DNA from: Takakia lepidozioides
Lineage: Eukaryota > Plantae > Bryophyta
Assembly: GCA_030704615.1 (NCBI GenBank)
Contig: CM060732.1
Coordinates: 186,001-250,000, forward strand
Reading direction: 5' to 3'
Length of the DNA stretch: 64,000 bases
The position numbers and the translations under genes were made by a program. Numbering within the stretch: position 1 is the first letter of the stretch; the number at the start of each line of letters is the position of its first letter. The notes under the pieces are model-generated. The model was given only the letters and a program-made list of their open reading frames with translations. It was not told where the DNA came from and did no database searches. This document shows positions 38,465 to 51,230 of the stretch, in pieces.

Positions 38465-39412
38465 GTAATTAGAAATTACATATACAATACATTGTCCTCA
38501 TTGTCAGTCCGAATTTTTTGTTATTTTTTATGATACATGTATTTCTCTCTAGTGTAAGGTAAAACAAATGGGGCAAATGACATGGTGTTGAAATCAGATT
38601 TCATGTTATCTTCCTGTCATTTGATTTATCTATGTAATAGTTTGTACATAGATCTCTACTGCATTTCATAGATCCCTTTACCTTAATGCAAGTTCGACAT
38701 GCACTTCAGCACTATCAAATTTCATCATTAGTAAGATCAACCCTTATGAGTATTGTGGCATGTTATGTACACACAGGGTGACTATCTTTATCTCATTAGT
38801 GTTTCATTTCATTAGTGTTTCAAGTCTGAATGGGTAGTGTAGTGGTATGAACTAGGCTTGATACCCGATAGGTTGTGGGTTCTATCTCTGATGGATATTA
38901 TGTTTTTGTAAAATAAAAATGTTTCAGAAGATAGATATATAGATACTGCAAAACCTATGTAACAAAGCTCCCTAGCATTGTCAAGCTCCCTAGCATTCCC
39001 TTAGCATTGCTCCATTCTGAACTTCAAACTAGACTCCCACCATTGGAAGAGCCCGTACCTTCACCATTTGTATCTAACAAGGAGCCGTGCCTCGTCACTT
39101 TTTAATTTTTCGATCTTTTTCTCATGTTGGAAAGCCATAAAAGCAACATGTTCATCTCCCATTCCTACACTCACCCATGTGGAATAATAATATAATGAAT
39201 ATGGAATATTCTATATAGAATATTCTTATTCCATCCTTTGATATTTTGACTATGGACCCTAAGATTAGATGAATCACAATTTTATTTTATTTTTTGGGTA
39301 CCCTTATTTAAGTGTTGTGCATATAAAATTGTTCCTATGCATATCTAAAATTTGTATGCACGCATACATTCCTCCATATGCATGCATTTGTGTGCACATA
39401 TAGTATAGGCTA

Positions 39413-40735
39413 CCTCCCCCACATCATGCAATACAAAGCGCGTGTAAGGCACATACCCCGCCTCCTTTCATCTGCCGACAATCTTCTCAGCTCAGCATGG
39501 ATTTCCTTAATTCTGGGATGCAACTTGTCATCTACAGCGAAGATATGCACCCTGTTGCCAACCTCAATGCAGCAGCGACCTAGCTCCTTTCTAACCCCTC
39601 TGACCTCCATTATTCTTTTCACCTTTGCAGATCATCCCACCTGCCAGCTGCAGCATAGCAACACGTAAGTTGCGGCATCCTGTTCATCCCATTTGAGGAT
39701 AGATGTTGCCGCACGTTCAGCCATCTCCAGATTGCCATGGATTCTACAGGCACCAAGCAAGGCCTTCCACACCACAACATCTGGATTGATTGGAATCTTA
39801 TTAATCAGATCCACTGCCTCATCCAGTTGTCCAAGAAGGTCCACCGTACAGCCAAAGTGCTTTACTGTCGGAGTGACACCATGATCTTGATTTCCTCATT
39901 CAATAGGCCAGTGTGGCTGCATGCAGAGAGAACATACACAGGCATTGCAAAGGGAAACAAACGTGATGTGATCGGGGTTCGCCCCTTCCCCCATCATTTG
40001 CTCATAGGTCTCCAAAGCCTCCACCCCGCGCCCTTGCTGTGCATACCCTGCAATCATCGCACTCCACGACACCGAATCTCGTTCAGCCATACTGTCAAAC
40101 ACTCCCTCCGCATCCTCGACGCATCCTCGACGCATCCACATTTTGCATACATGTCCACGAGGGTATTGTTCAGAATCACATCTGGTACAATTCTTGCTTT
40201 TGTGATGCAACCATGCACCTCTTTGTCCTTTTCCAGGGCTGCCAGGCTTCCAAACGCACAGACGTGATATGGTCGGGCTTCACCCCTTCCACCATCATTT
40301 GCTCATAGGTCTCCAAAGCCTCCATCCCACGCCCCTGCTGTGCATACCCTGCAAGCATCACGTTCCACGACACCACATTTCATTCAGCCATATTGTTGAA
40401 CACTGCCTTCGCATACTCGATGCTCCCACATTTGGCATACATGTCCACGAGGGCATTGTTTAGAATGACATCGGGTACAATTCCAGCTCTGACAATGTCG
40501 CCATGGGCCTCTTTGCCCTTTTCCAGAGCTGCCAGGCTTGCACATGCATTGCAAACGCACACAAACGTGATGTAGTTGGGCTTCACCCCTTCCCCCATCA
40601 TTTGCTCATAGGTCTCCAAAACCTCCACCCCACGTCTCTGCTGTGCATACCCTGCAAGCATCGCGCGCTCCACGACACCACATCTCATTCAGCCATATTG
40701 TTCAAAACTGCCTTTGCATCCTTAATACACCCATA
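39413..40735 (-). pseudogene. PLS-E+ PPR gene fragment broken just before the DYW domain
   Basis: PLS repeats, WKALLGACRIH, YVLL, V..RVHIFAVDDKLHPR..EIHAELRRL, FVLHDVGE then an abrupt end. Confidence 0.95.
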
Positions 40736-43608
40736 CCAGCAGGGACACGTCTTTCCTTTCTCCTCTCCTCCGCTTTCGTGTGCAGATCTTTCTCCGATTC
40801 GTCAACAAGTGTCGAGGTACCACGGGCATCCAACGAGATGCGCGGCATGCCATTGTTTCTGCATCTCTGGTAGGTAAACACAGCTTGGGCCTGCCACGGT
40901 CCAAGCCATGAAGAACAGTGGCTCTTGAGCCAGGGCCCCTATCTTAAGAAGCACGTATTTCATATACATGCAAGACAGTCAGCATGCGTGAGCACAAGTT
41001 ATGACCATGTATTCGCAGAGTGCAACCAAAAAGATAAAGTGCAAATGCGGTGCCACATTTCCCAGGCAAACCTCATAAACCAGCTTTTGCATACAACGGG
41101 AGCTGGGCTTCACCTGTACACAATTTGCATTGCAGCTTTTCCCGCCCCCTCCTGGTGCGTAAACTCCACGCTCCTTCTTGCTGTTTGCAGCTCCCTGGCG
41201 AAGAGGTTGTCCTTGTACGCACATCTGAAACGTGTCACGTAGTCTTCCATTGTCTGTGCTCCATCCCATTTGACATACAAGCGAACGAATTTGTATGCAT
41301 TACGACTTGCTCCTTCGCATTCGTCATTACCTGCGTTTCGAACATGCATTATCACGTAGCAGTTCACGAAATTCATTCCAGCAAAGCAAATTGGGGGAAG
41401 TACCTTGAATTACCTGGAACCACCAAGTCATGCGGTTGAGCCACACATCCACTGCAGGGTTGGAAACTTCGAGTGGAAAGACCACATGGTCCTTATACTC
41501 TCTGATACATTCCAGATCGACAGCCACCGTGCCTGCCATTTCCGATCCAATTTCAGGAGCAGGAAGAAGAGTGGCTATTGCTAGGAAGGAACTTCAATGC
41601 ATTGAAACCTCACCTTCTCTTTCGCCTCCATACATGCCGTTGAGAGGTGATGCAGTTTCTCCAACTGTATGGTCGGCTGCATGGCCCGAGAATAGTGTTT
41701 TGCAATCTCGGGGATGACGTCCTTTCCAAGTGTCGGATCTGCAATGGCCACCAGCTTCACAAGCTTTGACTTGTATTTGGTTCTGGACTTGACCCCGGCT
41801 TCCTTCAAGTGCTCGGTCAATGACTGCAATGTTTTTGTCTGCCCCTCACTTTCCATGAAGAAGCGTTTGGCATGGGCCAAATCCAGCTTGATGTTTGACT
41901 GCCAAGAAAAACATGCAGAAGCATTACATACGGTCCATGTGGAAAGATGACTAGAAATTGGGGAAGGATGAGCAGAGGAAAATGGGAGGACAACTTACTT
42001 CGTATATCACCTCCACCATTCCATCCATAGTGAGGCGATACCATGTCCGGTCTGTTTTTGCCAGGGCTTTTTGAATGAGCTCGGGCTCCAACATTTCGGC
42101 GAACATGTGCGGGTCAGTGAGACCAGTTTTCCTCACCCTGTACAACATATGTGCCATGTGGGTATGCACGTAAGCATTTTCAGTGACCCTGCAAGGCACA
42201 CTCTCCAGTTCAGTCCAATGAAGCATAGAAACAAAACTGATTGGAAACCGAAATGCGGCACCGCATTTCGGATGTGCTTGGGAGGGTATGAGAATCTTAC
42301 GAGTTGAGGTCCGCCATGGCATTCTTGAGCAGCCGCCTTCACCTTGAGGATGACACACTCCACCATGTAATGCCAGCCAATATGCTTGGAATGAGTCTGC
42401 TTGATGTACTCCCACCAGGCAAGAAGTCGGTGATTCCCGTCCCACGCAAAAAACATTTTGCCAGACATATGGCCGAAGTCTGGATCACCCTTCAGCATTG
42501 TCTCGAATTTGTCGTTGCGAGTGTGCCAGTGGGTATCCCATGCTGACAATTCATCCGCAGTGGGTCCACGAGTTTCGCCGTCCTCATTCTCAATGGAAAC
42601 GTAGAAGGCTGGCGAACCTAGACGGTACCCTTCTCGAAATGCGAACTTGAGCTTATCCACATCTCCTGGAAGAGCCTGCCTGATGATGGGAAGGGAGACC
42701 ATGCGACAGAGTGGAATTCGAAGAGTCCGCTGGAATACCCTGCTGCCCAGAACTCTACCAATGCTACTCTGTGTCTCCTCCAACATTGTATCCGCTGCAC
42801 TTTGGAATTCCTCCAGAGACATTTCTGCAGGTGGCGGTAGGGGCCGAGTAGCTGGAGCATCCCCAAATGCAGCTGAAGTCTGGGGAGTCTTTGCGGGCAA
42901 TTCTTGAATTGCAAAGGCCTCCTCCGGGCCTACAGTATTCTGAAGTTCTTCCTCAACGGTGGTCAAGTGCTGCTGCGAACGTTGAGCAGCAGCACCCTCC
43001 TCCGCTGACAGATCCACAAAATTGGTCAATCCCGTTGCCTTCGCTGCAGAAGAGATGCCCCCAACATCACCTGGCTGGAAATCAAGCAAGAACTGGGCTT
43101 CAGCTCGTGGAATCGGTTTTGCAGGAGACTGCTCCAACCTCCCCCTGTTTGCCTTCCGCTTCTTTATTCTTACAAGTGAAGGTGTCTGCTGCATTTGAAT
43201 CTGCACTGCACCCTTCTGCTTCATTCTCTTTGGGGGGGGGAGAACGGCCTGGTCCGGTTCAGAAACCAGTTCAAGGACGGGCTGCTTCTTCTTCGTCTTT
43301 GCTGGAGTAGGGCCCGACCCCTGCTGGCAATTCTCCATGACCTTCAAACGCGAGTCTTTCTCTGGGGCTTTGAACTGCAAAGACTTGCCTTTCCAAACCG
43401 CGTCCTTGAAACGCACAGGGCTAGGCCCGGCATGAAGACCCGTGCTCGTGGATCGGCTGGGTGTGCATGCTGCAGCTACCTCCACGGATTCTTCCTGCGG
43501 CTCTTCGGATTCGTGCGATCCCTCCACCACCACCACCTTTCGGCAGGCAACGCAGGCAATCCAGCCACCAATGAGAGCTCCGTGCGATGCGCGCAGCTGA
43601 TCGAGCAC
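40736..43608 (-). CDS. ParB-like/MTase family gene, copy 3 (5' two-thirds, truncated before the MTase domain)
   Basis: RIPLCRMVSLPIIRQAL..FYVS..GKMFFAWDGNHRLLAW; KTDRTWYRLT; YKSKLVKLVAIADPTLG; WLNRMTWWFQ, all collinear with copy 2. Confidence 0.8.
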
Positions 43609-43877
43609 CGAAACCCTCCCTCATTTTCGTTGTGCAATTCTTAGACTGTATGATAGGACACTTGAATGCAGAAGATGTTTGCATGCCTAACTGTCAAAGG
43701 TACGCTTGCCGTCCGCAAAACAAACATCATTAACCAACGGTCAGGCCGCGCCGCCTCCTGCCACTTCAGCCAGCATGAGTGCAAACATCAAAATGTGGTG
43801 ACGCAATTCCATTGGTCCACGTGTTCACATATCATGGCATTCCCGTCCCAGCGTCTGATGAGTTAGAGTGAAAACAT

Positions 43878-44342
43878 AAATGCGGCGCCGCATTTTCGTT
43901 AAGGCAACTTTGAGTTGCATCCCGAACGGAAATGCGGTTTCATGCCTAGCATACAAAAGTGCCGCATTTCAGTTGCAGTGTTTCATGATTTTCAATCACA
44001 ACGGAAATGCGGGACCGCATTTCCGTTCCACTGTCACATACCTTACTTGTTGGACGGAAATGCGGTGCCGCATTTCCGTCCCACTGCTGCATGCCTGAGA
44101 TACAAAACGGAAATGCGGCGCCGCATTTCCGTTCTGGAAAGTCCGAAGGTACGACTCGGACAGAAATGCGGTGCCGCATTTCAGTTGCAGTGGTTCATGA
44201 TTTTCAATCACAACGGAAATGCGGCGCCGCATTTCCGTTCTGGAAAGTCCGAAGGTACGACTCGAACGGAAATGCGGTGCCGGATTTCAGTTGCAGTGGT
44301 TCATGATTTTCAATCACAACGGAAATGCGGTACCGCATTACC
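43878..44342. repeat. Array of 22-bp palindrome GGAAATGCGGYRCCGCATTTCC with exact 53-bp period
   Basis: Starts at 44003, 44056, 44109, 44162, 44215, 44268 and 44321. Confidence 0.95.
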
Positions 44343-44589
44343 ATTCCACTGTTACAAATATGTAAAAATATAGCAATACACCCAAAAAAAAACACCCATC
44401 ATGACACATGTCAATTTGCTAAGGGACCACGGTAAAAACTGCAACGCGCCACGTGTTGCAACCGGATTAGCACACCCGCAGTCATGGAGAGCGAACACTT
44501 TGCCACGTGTCATTTCCTGTATGGAGCACGTGTCACTCTTGCACAGCCGCTGACATGGACTACAGTCATATCTGCCATGTCACAACTGA

Positions 44590-44690
44590 GTAGGCTTTTA
44601 CGTCTTCAGAGTCAAGAAGTCGTAAATGGCTTCCATAACTGCATTTGCAGTCATAACATAGAGACGTAAAAGCCGCAATCTGTAATAGTG
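44590..44690 (-). mobile_element. CACTA-type transposon terminus
   Basis: Reverse complement begins CACTATTACAGATTGCGGCTTTTACGTC; similarity to the 20-kb duplicate resumes exactly at 44691. Confidence 0.6.
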
Positions 44691-45790
44691 TTGGTTGGCA
44701 AAATGCAGCTGGCCATTATTGTGCATATTCCACACAAGCTCTGTGGTCTGGGTGGTCATGCTCTCTACTTTGGTACATTGGGCTTCTCTCTCTGGCAGAG
44801 CACGAGCCTAATTGTTTGATAGCTCTCAAGCTCACTTTTTCCAGAGTCCTTTGTTTCTTTCTCTCTGGTTGTATTACTAAGTGAGCAGCCTAAACACAAT
44901 ATCCATTTTTTGATACATTGTCCTGGGTATTCTCACCAGGGAGTGACCCTCTTCCAAAACATCAAGAACACAGCTGAAAAGGGAAGCACAGCAAGACACC
45001 ATGGTTTTTTCTCTGCCAAGGAATGTGGCACCATGAATTTCCATATCAGACTCTTCTAGTAAAGAAATGCTGCACTAAATTGTATCAAAATGCAGAGTAG
45101 GGAGGAGGGGGGCACAAGAGGAAGTTCTGAACAAGAGCGCCTTGCATGATTCCTCCCAACAGTACTTCAAACAGGTGTTGGTTAGTAGTTCTGGAGAAAA
45201 CCCATCACATTTGTAACTGGTATAATCACTGCTTCTAATGGTAATATGTCCGGGTGACCTCCTTAATGGTATCGCGATGACTCCACATTAAATGTGTCAA
45301 TGCTACCTTCAACATTCATGAACTCTGTGCAATGCCATTGTGTGGGCAAAACCTGACAAGATTTCATTTTCTCCCTAAATTCGTGGATTATAACTGGTCT
45401 CCTAAGTTCTGGAGAAAACCCATCACATGTGTAACTGGTATAATACTCTTCTAATGGTAATATGTCCGGGTGACCTCTTAATGGTATCGCGATGACTCCA
45501 CATTAAATGTCAATGTCAACTCATGACTCTGTGCAATGCCATTGTGTGGGCAACCTGAAGACAATATTCATTTTCTCCCTAAATTCGTGGATATAACTGG
45601 TCTCCTAAACTGAATGTATGCACCTCAGTATCCACCTCAATGCAACTGCTACTTGGCTCCTTTCTCATACCTCGGACCTGCATCATTTTTCTCACATTTG
45701 CAGTATCATCCCATCTGCCAGCTGCAGCATAGACGTTGGACAGCAACACATAAGTTGTAGCATCCTGTCGATCCCACTTGAGGATGGTCC
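44691..45790 (-). repeat. Right arm of the inverted duplication, including a PPR E-domain fragment at 45560-45790
   Basis: Reverse complement of about 19300-20302; YVLLSNVYAAAGRWDD..VHTFSLGD. Confidence 0.9.
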
Positions 45791-46987
45791 TCAATCTTGA
45801 AAGCGTTATTTCTTACTAGTCACCCTGCCGAGGCGTTTTGTACCACAAATACCTGCCAAAGCCACTGGTGGACAATGATATGAGTCAAGCTATAGGCTGA
45901 AAAGCTGGATTAAGGATCATGAATGCAATGCTGGATTGCAAGGAGATCCATCAATGACCATGACGCAAGGAACCAACTGAGAGCATCGTGCAAAATTTGC
46001 TTAGAGCTGTAATTTGCCATATGAGTCAATGGTTACGCCGGCTCAAGACTCTCTCTCTCTCTCTTGTTCCACCCAGACTGGGTGCGGGGTCTATGGCCAC
46101 ACAAGGCCACGGTTAACTATGTCTCATGAGACCTTACTGTAGCCTGGCACGGGCCTTTTACAGCGTCCATTGTCCTGACAGGTGACTTCAACAAAAGAAG
46201 ACAATAGAAAAGCGAACCAGGGGAGTGGTTAAGAAGGAAAACGGCCAGACCACGGAACGCGGTATAAGCGGCGTCACCGCCAGACCACGGCAAGGTGTGC
46301 AATGCCGCGAAGATGGTGGAAGTGTTGGTGGTGGCGACAACGGACTTGGCCAAGACAGGCCTGCGCGCGACTCATACGAAAGGAGCAACTGGGCGTTCTG
46401 CAACAGTGGGCCCCACACCAATCAGGAGGCCTCATTCGGCTCGTCTCTCAACTCGTTTAGCCCTGACGTCGTCCAGATAGCCAGCTTCAGCCCTGACGAG
46501 CGAGACAACCCCTCCCACAACCACCTTACGGCCAGGGGCTGCTATTTCATGAGCCATGAGCCATGAGCCATGAGCAGAGTCGTAAGTGTCGAAAAAAATA
46601 TGAGCAGGACTATTTTCCGGAAATGAGTGTCCGCGGGAATAGGTTTCAAGGTGTCACGGTCATAGGCGGAGAAGGACCTCCCGATGAAGGAGGTTCGGCA
46701 ATGTTTTTTAGAATTACATATTGAAAGACAATGTTTCGCGAATGGTAGGGTGGTACTACTCTGTACAATGGGGACCCATTTCAGCCTACCAGCCACTTGC
46801 AAAATCCACCCACACTCCCAATCCCAAACGAAATGAGGAATGATGCATTCTGGGAACGATGGATACAGAATAGAATAAAAAGAGGGCACAATGGGGTTTT
46901 TATTGATCCACATGAATTGCATTTGAAGCACGTCTACTGTGCTGATTGTGCAAACAAATCTTTAGCCATGTGCCTTCTGAATACAAG

Positions 46988-47701
46988 TCACGTTGTCAAT
47001 GGGACTTCGATTGCTCTGAAAACTAGCTCATGAGTCATCGGGCTCCTCCAGGTAAACTGGATTGCAGCCGTTGTACCGCCCCTGTTGATGTTCACCACAA
47101 TGTCGTGCCCTTCAATCATACCACCATCGAATATGGAATGCTTCACGTTTTCATCGTCCACACCAATGCGAATGTCCCCATACAATGGAGAAGAGGAGCA
47201 CACTCCTTCAGGAGTATACGTCTCTCCGATGGAGTCCACCCACGTCCACTGGCAGCAATTCCACCGCAACAGCATAGCAGTGCGCATTCTTCTGTATGGG
47301 TGCCCGTTGTAGCTGGGAAAATCAGAATCAAGGATGCGCAGGAGCCACGGACTCCTCAGACCAAGATTGTCACCCCGCTCGAAGGCGTAGTGGCCTGGGA
47401 TATACTCAAAAGCGGACAATGTTTCCACATTCGAACCAGTATCTTCTGTGTAAACTGTGTACCAGATAATGATGTCTCCCGATGTCGCCGAATACATTGC
47501 ATAATCAAAGCCTCCATAAGGGCAGTCATCCCGGTTCCAGAAGCACGACATCCTTGCAAAGGAGGACCTGAGGACGTCTTTGATGCCGATGACAATGACC
47601 TTGTGGACAGCAACGAAGCCCTTAGATTTTCGAAATGATGAGAAGCGGAAGAGCAGTGCAGGCTCCAATAATGGAACAGCTGGGTCCCACGTACCCACCA
47701 A
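46988..47701 (-). CDS. Hypothetical protein (237 aa ORF), paralog A
   Basis: Open frame with protein-level similarity to 48078-48676. Confidence 0.65.
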   Translation of the reverse strand: MVGTWDPAVPLLEPALLFRFSSFRKSKGFVAVHKVIVIGIKDVLRSSFARMSCFWNRDDCPYGGFDYAMYSATSGDIIIWYTVYTEDTGSNVETLSAFEYIPGHYAFERGDNLGLRSPWLLRILDSDFPSYNGHPYRRMRTAMLLRWNCCQWTWVDSIGETYTPEGVCSSSPLYGDIRIGVDDENVKHSIFDGGMIEGHDIVVNINRGGTTAAIQFTWRSPMTHELVFRAIEVPLTT

Positions 47702-48077
47702 TCATCGTGTAACGTGTTCATCACGCCAGCGGTGGATGAACCGATACCTCTTTCTCATCCACGGGGTATAGTTTGAAATCTGCAACCGAAGTCCATCCCC
47801 CGGATGGAAATTCGGCGCGGCATTTACATCAAAGGGGGGATGGACTTCGTCGTCTCGAGTGGCTATAGGCCCACCTGGCACTTACTACCCATAGTTTGCA
47901 TGGCACGGAAGGAAACTGAAACGGCTACATTCATGGAGCAACCAATCTTCATCCGTGCAGGTTCCTGTAGGGGGGGAATTTAAATGTGCCCTGGAGTGTT
48001 AGTGAGGAATTGCAGCGTTTGCTTGAACTTCTTCCAGCCACCGCGCTGCTGCCTCCTCCATCCGGGAGCTCCTGTTA

Positions 48078-48676
48078 TTGAGCGTACTCCACCAATCTTT
48101 TGCAAGGATGCCGTGCCGCCGCAATCCTGCTGATTGTCCTTACCATGGCCACGATTATGCTATGTTCAAACCAGAATCAAGAGACATCATTGTGTGGCTC
48201 TTTGTTTTCACAGACGCTTCTGGAATCAAGCGGGAGTCTTTGCACGCAATGGAGTATTTGGAGGGCTATAATTGCTTTGAGCGAGGTGAGGGCGAGGGTC
48301 AATGAGGTCCGTGGGTCCTGAAAATTGTTGACCTCGATATACCAAGCTGGAATGGGATGCTGGACAGATCACGCACGGCCTCGCTTTGGCGTGGGAACTG
48401 CTGCCAGTGGACCAGGGAGGACGGCACCGGGGAAAACTATATTTGTGGAGTTCAATCCGCTCTTCCAGTGTATGGAGACATTCGGCTGAGTTGCGAAGAC
48501 GAATCACATGGGCACATGAGGCCCACAGTCAGCTTGTCAATGATATCATTGATGGGCATGACATTGTCGTCAGCTCCACCAAGGGCACCAGAACGACCGC
48601 ATTGCAGATTACCTGGAGGTGCCGGTTCAGTAAAGAGCTTGTTTTGAGGGCCATCGAAGTTATGTCAACTTGGTGA
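48078..48676 (+). pseudogene. Hypothetical protein paralog B (one stop, one frameshift)
   Basis: Shares SFARM, DCPY..DYAM, DII.W, FERG, PW.L.I.D.D.PS.NG, NCCQWT, P.YGDIR, I.GHDIVV and ELV.RAIEV with paralog A. Confidence 0.7.
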
Positions 48677-48951
48677 CGCCCATGTAGAAGGCGGAAGGGA
48701 TTAGATTTGTCTGGAGTTGCTAAATGTGAGACACCGTGTTCGATCAATAAAACAATCCATCGTACCTCACTTCTGTGTGTTGTGTTTGATTGTGTTCAAG
48801 AACTGCTATAATTGGCCCACTGTCTACAATTTGTGGTCTAATTTCTACAATGTGTCTGTCCACATGAATATACCAGAGTCAGCGATATCAGAGTCCTGAG
48901 GTGAAGGAAATCCATGTATGAGTAAAAGGAAACATGTACATGCTCAAGCTC

Positions 48952-49915
48952 GGAAATGCGGCACCGCATTTCATTTTTCTCCATGCAGCGATTTCTGGCA
49001 GCTCCCTTTCCTCCGTTCTGGTCGTAACGGAAATGTTGTACCGCATTTCATTTCTTGACATGACATTACCATACTTCGAATTGGAAATGCGGCACCGCAT
49101 TTCCATATTGGACCTTGAATTGTCCAAGCATGTCCAATTGCCAATGCATGTCCATGTCCGTTCTGGAAATGCGGCACCGCATTTCCATGTCCGTCATCAA
49201 ATTTTCTTATTGGACAATGGAATACGGTGCCGCATTTCCGTCAAAGGGTCTGGAATTGGACAATCAACGATGTCTGTTCTGGAAATGCGGCACAGCATTT
49301 CCATGTCCGTCATCAAAATTTCGTATTGGACAATGGAATGCGGTGCCGCAATTCCATCCAAGGGTCTGGAGTTGGACAAACAGCGATGTCCGTTCTGGAA
49401 ATGCGGCGCCGCAATTTCTTATTGGACAATGGAATGCGGTGCCGCATTTCTGTCCAAGGGTTTGGAATTGGACAAACAACGATGTCCGTTCTGGAAATGC
49501 GGCGCCGCATTTCCATGTAAGTCATCGAAATTTCTTATTGGACAATGGAATGCGGTGCCGCATTCCCGTCTAGCATCATGGAATGCGGAGCCGCATTTCC
49601 GTGGATGGGTCTGGAGTTGGAAAAACGTCCATCTCCAAAATGGAAATGCGGCACCGCATTTCCATGTCCGCCATGTAAATAACGTGTTCGACCTCCGCAT
49701 GCGGGGTGGCATTTCCATTTCCCTAAAACTGTCGTGTCGAAAACGGAAATGCGGCACCGCATTTCCGTTCGGCCGAACAGTTTCTGATGTCCAAACCAGG
49801 AAGTGGAAAATTGTTCTTGCCCCGGTTTTGGAAATGCGGTGCCGCATTTCCAAACGAGGTTTTTGCAGTTCCCACATTTCCATTCCGACATGGAAATGAA
49901 GTGCCGCATTTCCGA
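48952..49915. repeat. Second array of the GGAAATGCGGYRCCGCATTTCC palindrome
   Basis: About 17 copies, many spaced about 54 or 62 bp. Confidence 0.95.
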
Positions 49916-51083
49916 TTTTGGGAGGGACGTGGTTTGGACGATGGTGTCGTTGAGAAGCACATGGGAGAGGGGACATGAAGGACGGTGAGAATTTCCTTTA
50001 TATACTCTGGAAGAGAATTTAAATGTACATAGAGTTAATTAAAATTCTACCAATCTTGAAAATCATCACTATCGTTGTCATGTCATTGACTGTCTGCTCC
50101 CCTTCCACCGCGTCATTGCCTTTCTCATGTCCAGCGGACTGCTCGTTGGCCAGGCTTTTGAAAATCCCATCTTCCCCTTGCGGAACCGACCATCTTACAT
50201 CCGTTGGGTCGTCGTCCTCCCTGTCTGCATCGCTCTCTTCCGCTGAATCCCCGGGGGGTGCACTCTTTATAAACTGTGCGTATCACGTGCGTTCGTCGCC
50301 TAATAAAAAAACCCCCTGTATACGGGTCCTTGGATAATTTATACCCCCTCTGTACATACTTTTTGAAGATTATAAAATCCCCTCCTGTAAATATACAAAA
50401 ATTTACAATTTTCGAAAAGTACCCCCTTCTGTATGTATATTCTCATTTTTCATCATTAAAAATAACCCTCCAATATGTATATGTATGTTTTTATATTATA
50501 TCGAATTTATTCATTTAAAACATAATAAAATCTAACAAATTAATTAAAAAAATTATTTGCCTGTGATAAAGTTGTCAAAGATAGCTATTTCCTAGCTAGT
50601 TTCACACTAGTGGTAAAATAACTTGACAGCTGTCGTGCGCATACATATCGCTACACAACTACATCGCTGTCCAAAACCACACAACACATGTGCACACCAC
50701 ACACTAGTATACCATAGTCTACCACTAGTCCCAGCCACTAGTCCAAACACTAGGCGACAGACTAAGTCCATCACTAGGCTGCCACTACGCTGCCCACTAT
50801 GGCAGTCACTAGTCCACACAATCGCCCCCCTAGCTGGTGCTTAGGTCCCTCTAAGTCCAGGTAGCCACAAGATGTTGATAGTGACCATAGCCTCACTAAG
50901 TCCTCCACCACTATCCCTACTACACTCAAACTCGATAGATCAAGAGGCCGGGTGCAAGAGTTGCCCCATCGTTAGTCGCCGTCTTGCAACCTGTGAACTT
51001 GAGCTTGGGATCTCATGTGTATTGACTCCTATGAGCTTGGCCTCCCATGTCTTGTTAGCTGCCTCCAGTCATGTCCACTGCCA

Positions 51084-51230
51084 CTATCCCAAGCAGTGTG
51101 GACACAACCAATCTCCGTCAGGAACCTTCTCAAGAGGTGGTGTCAAGCATCCCATATGCCAACCCCTTGAGCACCGATCACACACCAGCATGGTGGCTGC
51201 CCCTTTGGCAGACCCACAGAGCATGCACCT
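51084..51230 (-). CDS. PHD finger at the C-terminus of Gypsy Pol
   Basis: CMLC..MLVCDRCSRGWHMGCLTPPL..VPDGDWLCPHC matches C4HC3. Confidence 0.93.
   Translation of the reverse strand, partial: RCMLCGSAKGAATMLVCDRCSRGWHMGCLTPPLEKVPDGDWLCPHCLG

Noticed and set aside
43878-44342. CRISPR array (palindromic repeat plus constant-length spacers)
   Set aside because: Spacers recur (A three times, D twice), there are no cas genes, the context is eukaryotic, and the motif also occurs singly in an intron
48934-49976. 321-aa and overlapping ORFs on both strands
   Set aside because: Translations of the palindrome array (KCGAAFP/NAAPHF/EMRRRIS)
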